DNA of 64,000 bases from contig JAYGDX010000279.1 of assembly GCA_046582655.1 (NCBI GenBank), positions 1 to 64,000 of the forward strand, in the 5' to 3' direction. This document shows, one piece after another, positions 62,274-64,000 of this stretch. Positions within the stretch are counted from its first letter, which is position 1, and the number at the start of each line of letters is the position of its first letter. The DNA is from Candidatus Poribacteria bacterium (GTDB taxonomy: Bacteria; Poribacteria; WGA-4E; UBA9662). Both the position numbers and the translations under genes were made by a program. The notes under the pieces are model-generated. The model saw nothing but the letters and a program-made list of their open reading frames with translations. It did not search any database and had not been told where the DNA came from.

Positions 62274-63050
62274 TTAGTGGTACTCTCTTCTTTGAAAAAG
62301 CTGAACACCCAAACAGAGAAACACGAGTGTAATCATTAAAAGTATGGAAATTGCAATCCAGCCAGTGGTTAGTTCCGTTTGTTTCAATAACATTTGGGCT
62401 CTATTCGAGAGGTTTCGTTTGGGGAAAATTGATAGCAGATGATGAATAACTGAAATTTTTTTGATATTCCCTGGTACAGCGATGGTAATTTTCTCCCAGC
62501 CAAAAGCAATAAGTAATCCCCATAGTATGGGGTGTTTAAAGCTGACACTCAGAACAACGAAAATGCTGCCATACGCTAGTAATCCAAGGATGATAACAGC
62601 TAGATACTTCATGCTCATGCTAAGGTGGAACAGGACATTCTCTGGCATTTTAGGATGTGTGGCAATAATCAGCGTAAAGATAAGATGTGAAGGAGCAATA
62701 AATAGAACTGATCCAACTAGATATGCCAGAAATTTACTCAACAGCAACTTTAATTTTTGAATCGGTCGCATGAGAAGAAAAGATAGGGTTTGATCTTCAA
62801 TCTCATCAGCAATAGTGGCGGAAGCATAAAAGAGCGAAATTAACACCGTAATTACCATCAGATAAAATGTGACTGTTATGTTCGGAATGAACTTTATGAC
62901 CTGACGAGTATTATGTTTAGTTAATCGGAATACTATCGCAACTAAAATCGGTGAGAGACTCATCACTAGTATGAAAATTGATTTTCGACTTGCCAGTATC
63001 TGTCGCAGCGTGTGTTTGAAGATGATAGAATATGGTCTCAGGTTTTGCAT
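62274..63050 (-). CDS. ABC-2 type transporter permease
   Basis: ADEIEDQTLSFLLMRPIQK…LLSKF, six TM segments. Confidence 0.85.
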   Translation of the reverse strand: MQNLRPYSIIFKHTLRQILASRKSIFILVMSLSPILVAIVFRLTKHNTRQVIKFIPNITVTFYLMVITVLISLFYASATIADEIEDQTLSFLLMRPIQKLKLLLSKFLAYLVGSVLFIAPSHLIFTLIIATHPKMPENVLFHLSMSMKYLAVIILGLLAYGSIFVVLSVSFKHPILWGLLIAFGWEKITIAVPGNIKKISVIHHLLSIFPKRNLSNRAQMLLKQTELTTGWIAISILLMITLVFLCLGVQLFQRREYH

Positions 63051-63189
63051 CGCCGATCATATTCTATCAGAAATCACTTGTTATCGTAAGTCTCAATTAT
63101 TTTTTACCAGTCGAAGATCTATCTTTACACTATTGTCTTCAATTAGCTATTATTATCTTTAGACTAGGCAGTAAGAGGAAACAGCTGAG

Positions 63190-64000
63190 ATGAAATCTGG
63201 ACGTACAATTATTTCTTTTATTCTTATCTTGATGATATGTGTAGGTTCTGATCTATTGTGGGCAGATACTGATTGGAAAGAGGACTTAGAAAAAGACTAT
63301 AAAAAAGTGCTGGAATCCAAGAGAGCAAAAAACCACCGTGGTTTGGTGATGAAATGGCACAATAAGGGGCATCTGGCAGATTTGATTGCCATTTATCAAG
63401 CGAATATAACTCCGCAGGATCCTGATCCTAACGTACACTATGGTCTCGGCTATGCGTACGCGGTACAGGACACAGATTTGGATTTAGCAGTTGAACAGTT
63501 TCAGCGAGCAATTGCTGTTGATCAAGATTTGCTTTCAGCACATTTTGCGCTTGGCAGACTCTATCAGAAACAGAAAGAATTTGATTTGGCCTTGCAGGAG
63601 ATGAATGAATGCATTCGGATCGATTCCAAGTATCATGGGGCACACTTTAAACGGGGCCAGATTTTTTTGGAGCAGAAACAACTCAATCAGGCACTTCAAG
63701 CGTTCCAGACCGTTTTGGACATCAAACCTGCTGGAGTTCGTGCCGCACTTGGCATTAAGTCAAAAACGGAATGGCATCATCGTGCTGAGTATGGAATCGG
63801 AGTCGTCCATTTTCTGCGCGGGGAAAACGATCTGGCACGCGAAGCTTTCGAGTCGGTTATTGGTCAGAAAAAAGATTTTGCTCCGGCACGCTATAAACTG
63901 GGGCAGGTTCTGGCAATAGATCGACTTTACGACGACGCGTTGCTAGAGTATGAAAAGGCATCCAAATATCAACCCTGTACAGCTGCACTCTGGTATGAAT
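63190..64000 (+). CDS. Secreted tetratricopeptide-repeat protein (partial, runs off the window)
   Basis: Manual translation from ATG 63190 (SD GAGG): signal peptide, then VHYGLGYAY, AHFALGRLY, AHFKRGQIF, ARYKLGQVL; no stop before 64000. Confidence 0.88.
   Translation, partial: MKSGRTIISFILILMICVGSDLLWADTDWKEDLEKDYKKVLESKRAKNHRGLVMKWHNKGHLADLIAIYQANITPQDPDPNVHYGLGYAYAVQDTDLDLAVEQFQRAIAVDQDLLSAHFALGRLYQKQKEFDLALQEMNECIRIDSKYHGAHFKRGQIFLEQKQLNQALQAFQTVLDIKPAGVRAALGIKSKTEWHHRAEYGIGVVHFLRGENDLAREAFESVIGQKKDFAPARYKLGQVLAIDRLYDDALLEYEKASKYQPCTAALWYE

Noticed and set aside
944..63919. Numerous short antisense or out-of-frame ORFs in the track (e.g. 16904-17443, 48042-48665, 63605-63919)
   Set aside because: Shadow ORFs within well-supported genes, with no motifs

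Overview
Chromosomal segment of a marine heterotrophic bacterium, most likely Candidatus Poribacteria. This assignment is inferred from tandem CRTAC1/ASPIC-UnbV proteins, a DUF6785-type transporter, PhyH/Gfo/AKR enzymes and a C-terminal 'PxGKLxxxWGxxK' tail. Housekeeping genes (dnaE, proS, leuB, gdhA, xylA, cstA, tRNA-Leu(CAG), UbiD/MqnL-type decarboxylase, Ski2/HelY-type helicase) are mixed with catabolic enzymes, transporters and a three-subunit molybdenum hydroxylase followed by MoaD. Four catabolic genes are pseudogenes, one interrupted by a 120-bp MITE with perfect TIRs and a target-site duplication. The most unusual non-coding signals are: (i) a ~230-nt double long-hairpin, G-U-rich element at 12313-12544; (ii) a ~250-nt structured leader ending in a terminator just before a DUF6785 transporter (43947-44196); (iii) TTGTGAT-core direct-repeat arrays in a divergent promoter region (9720-9954). 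Notable proteins are a HEAT/PDZ lipoprotein pair, a strand-annealing-like protein beside the tRNA, a CREST-family ceramidase and a zinc-less ECF/anti-sigma pair directly upstream of dnaE. No CRISPR array, rRNA, intact transposase or integrase was seen. All family assignments come from motif recognition by eye, not database searches.
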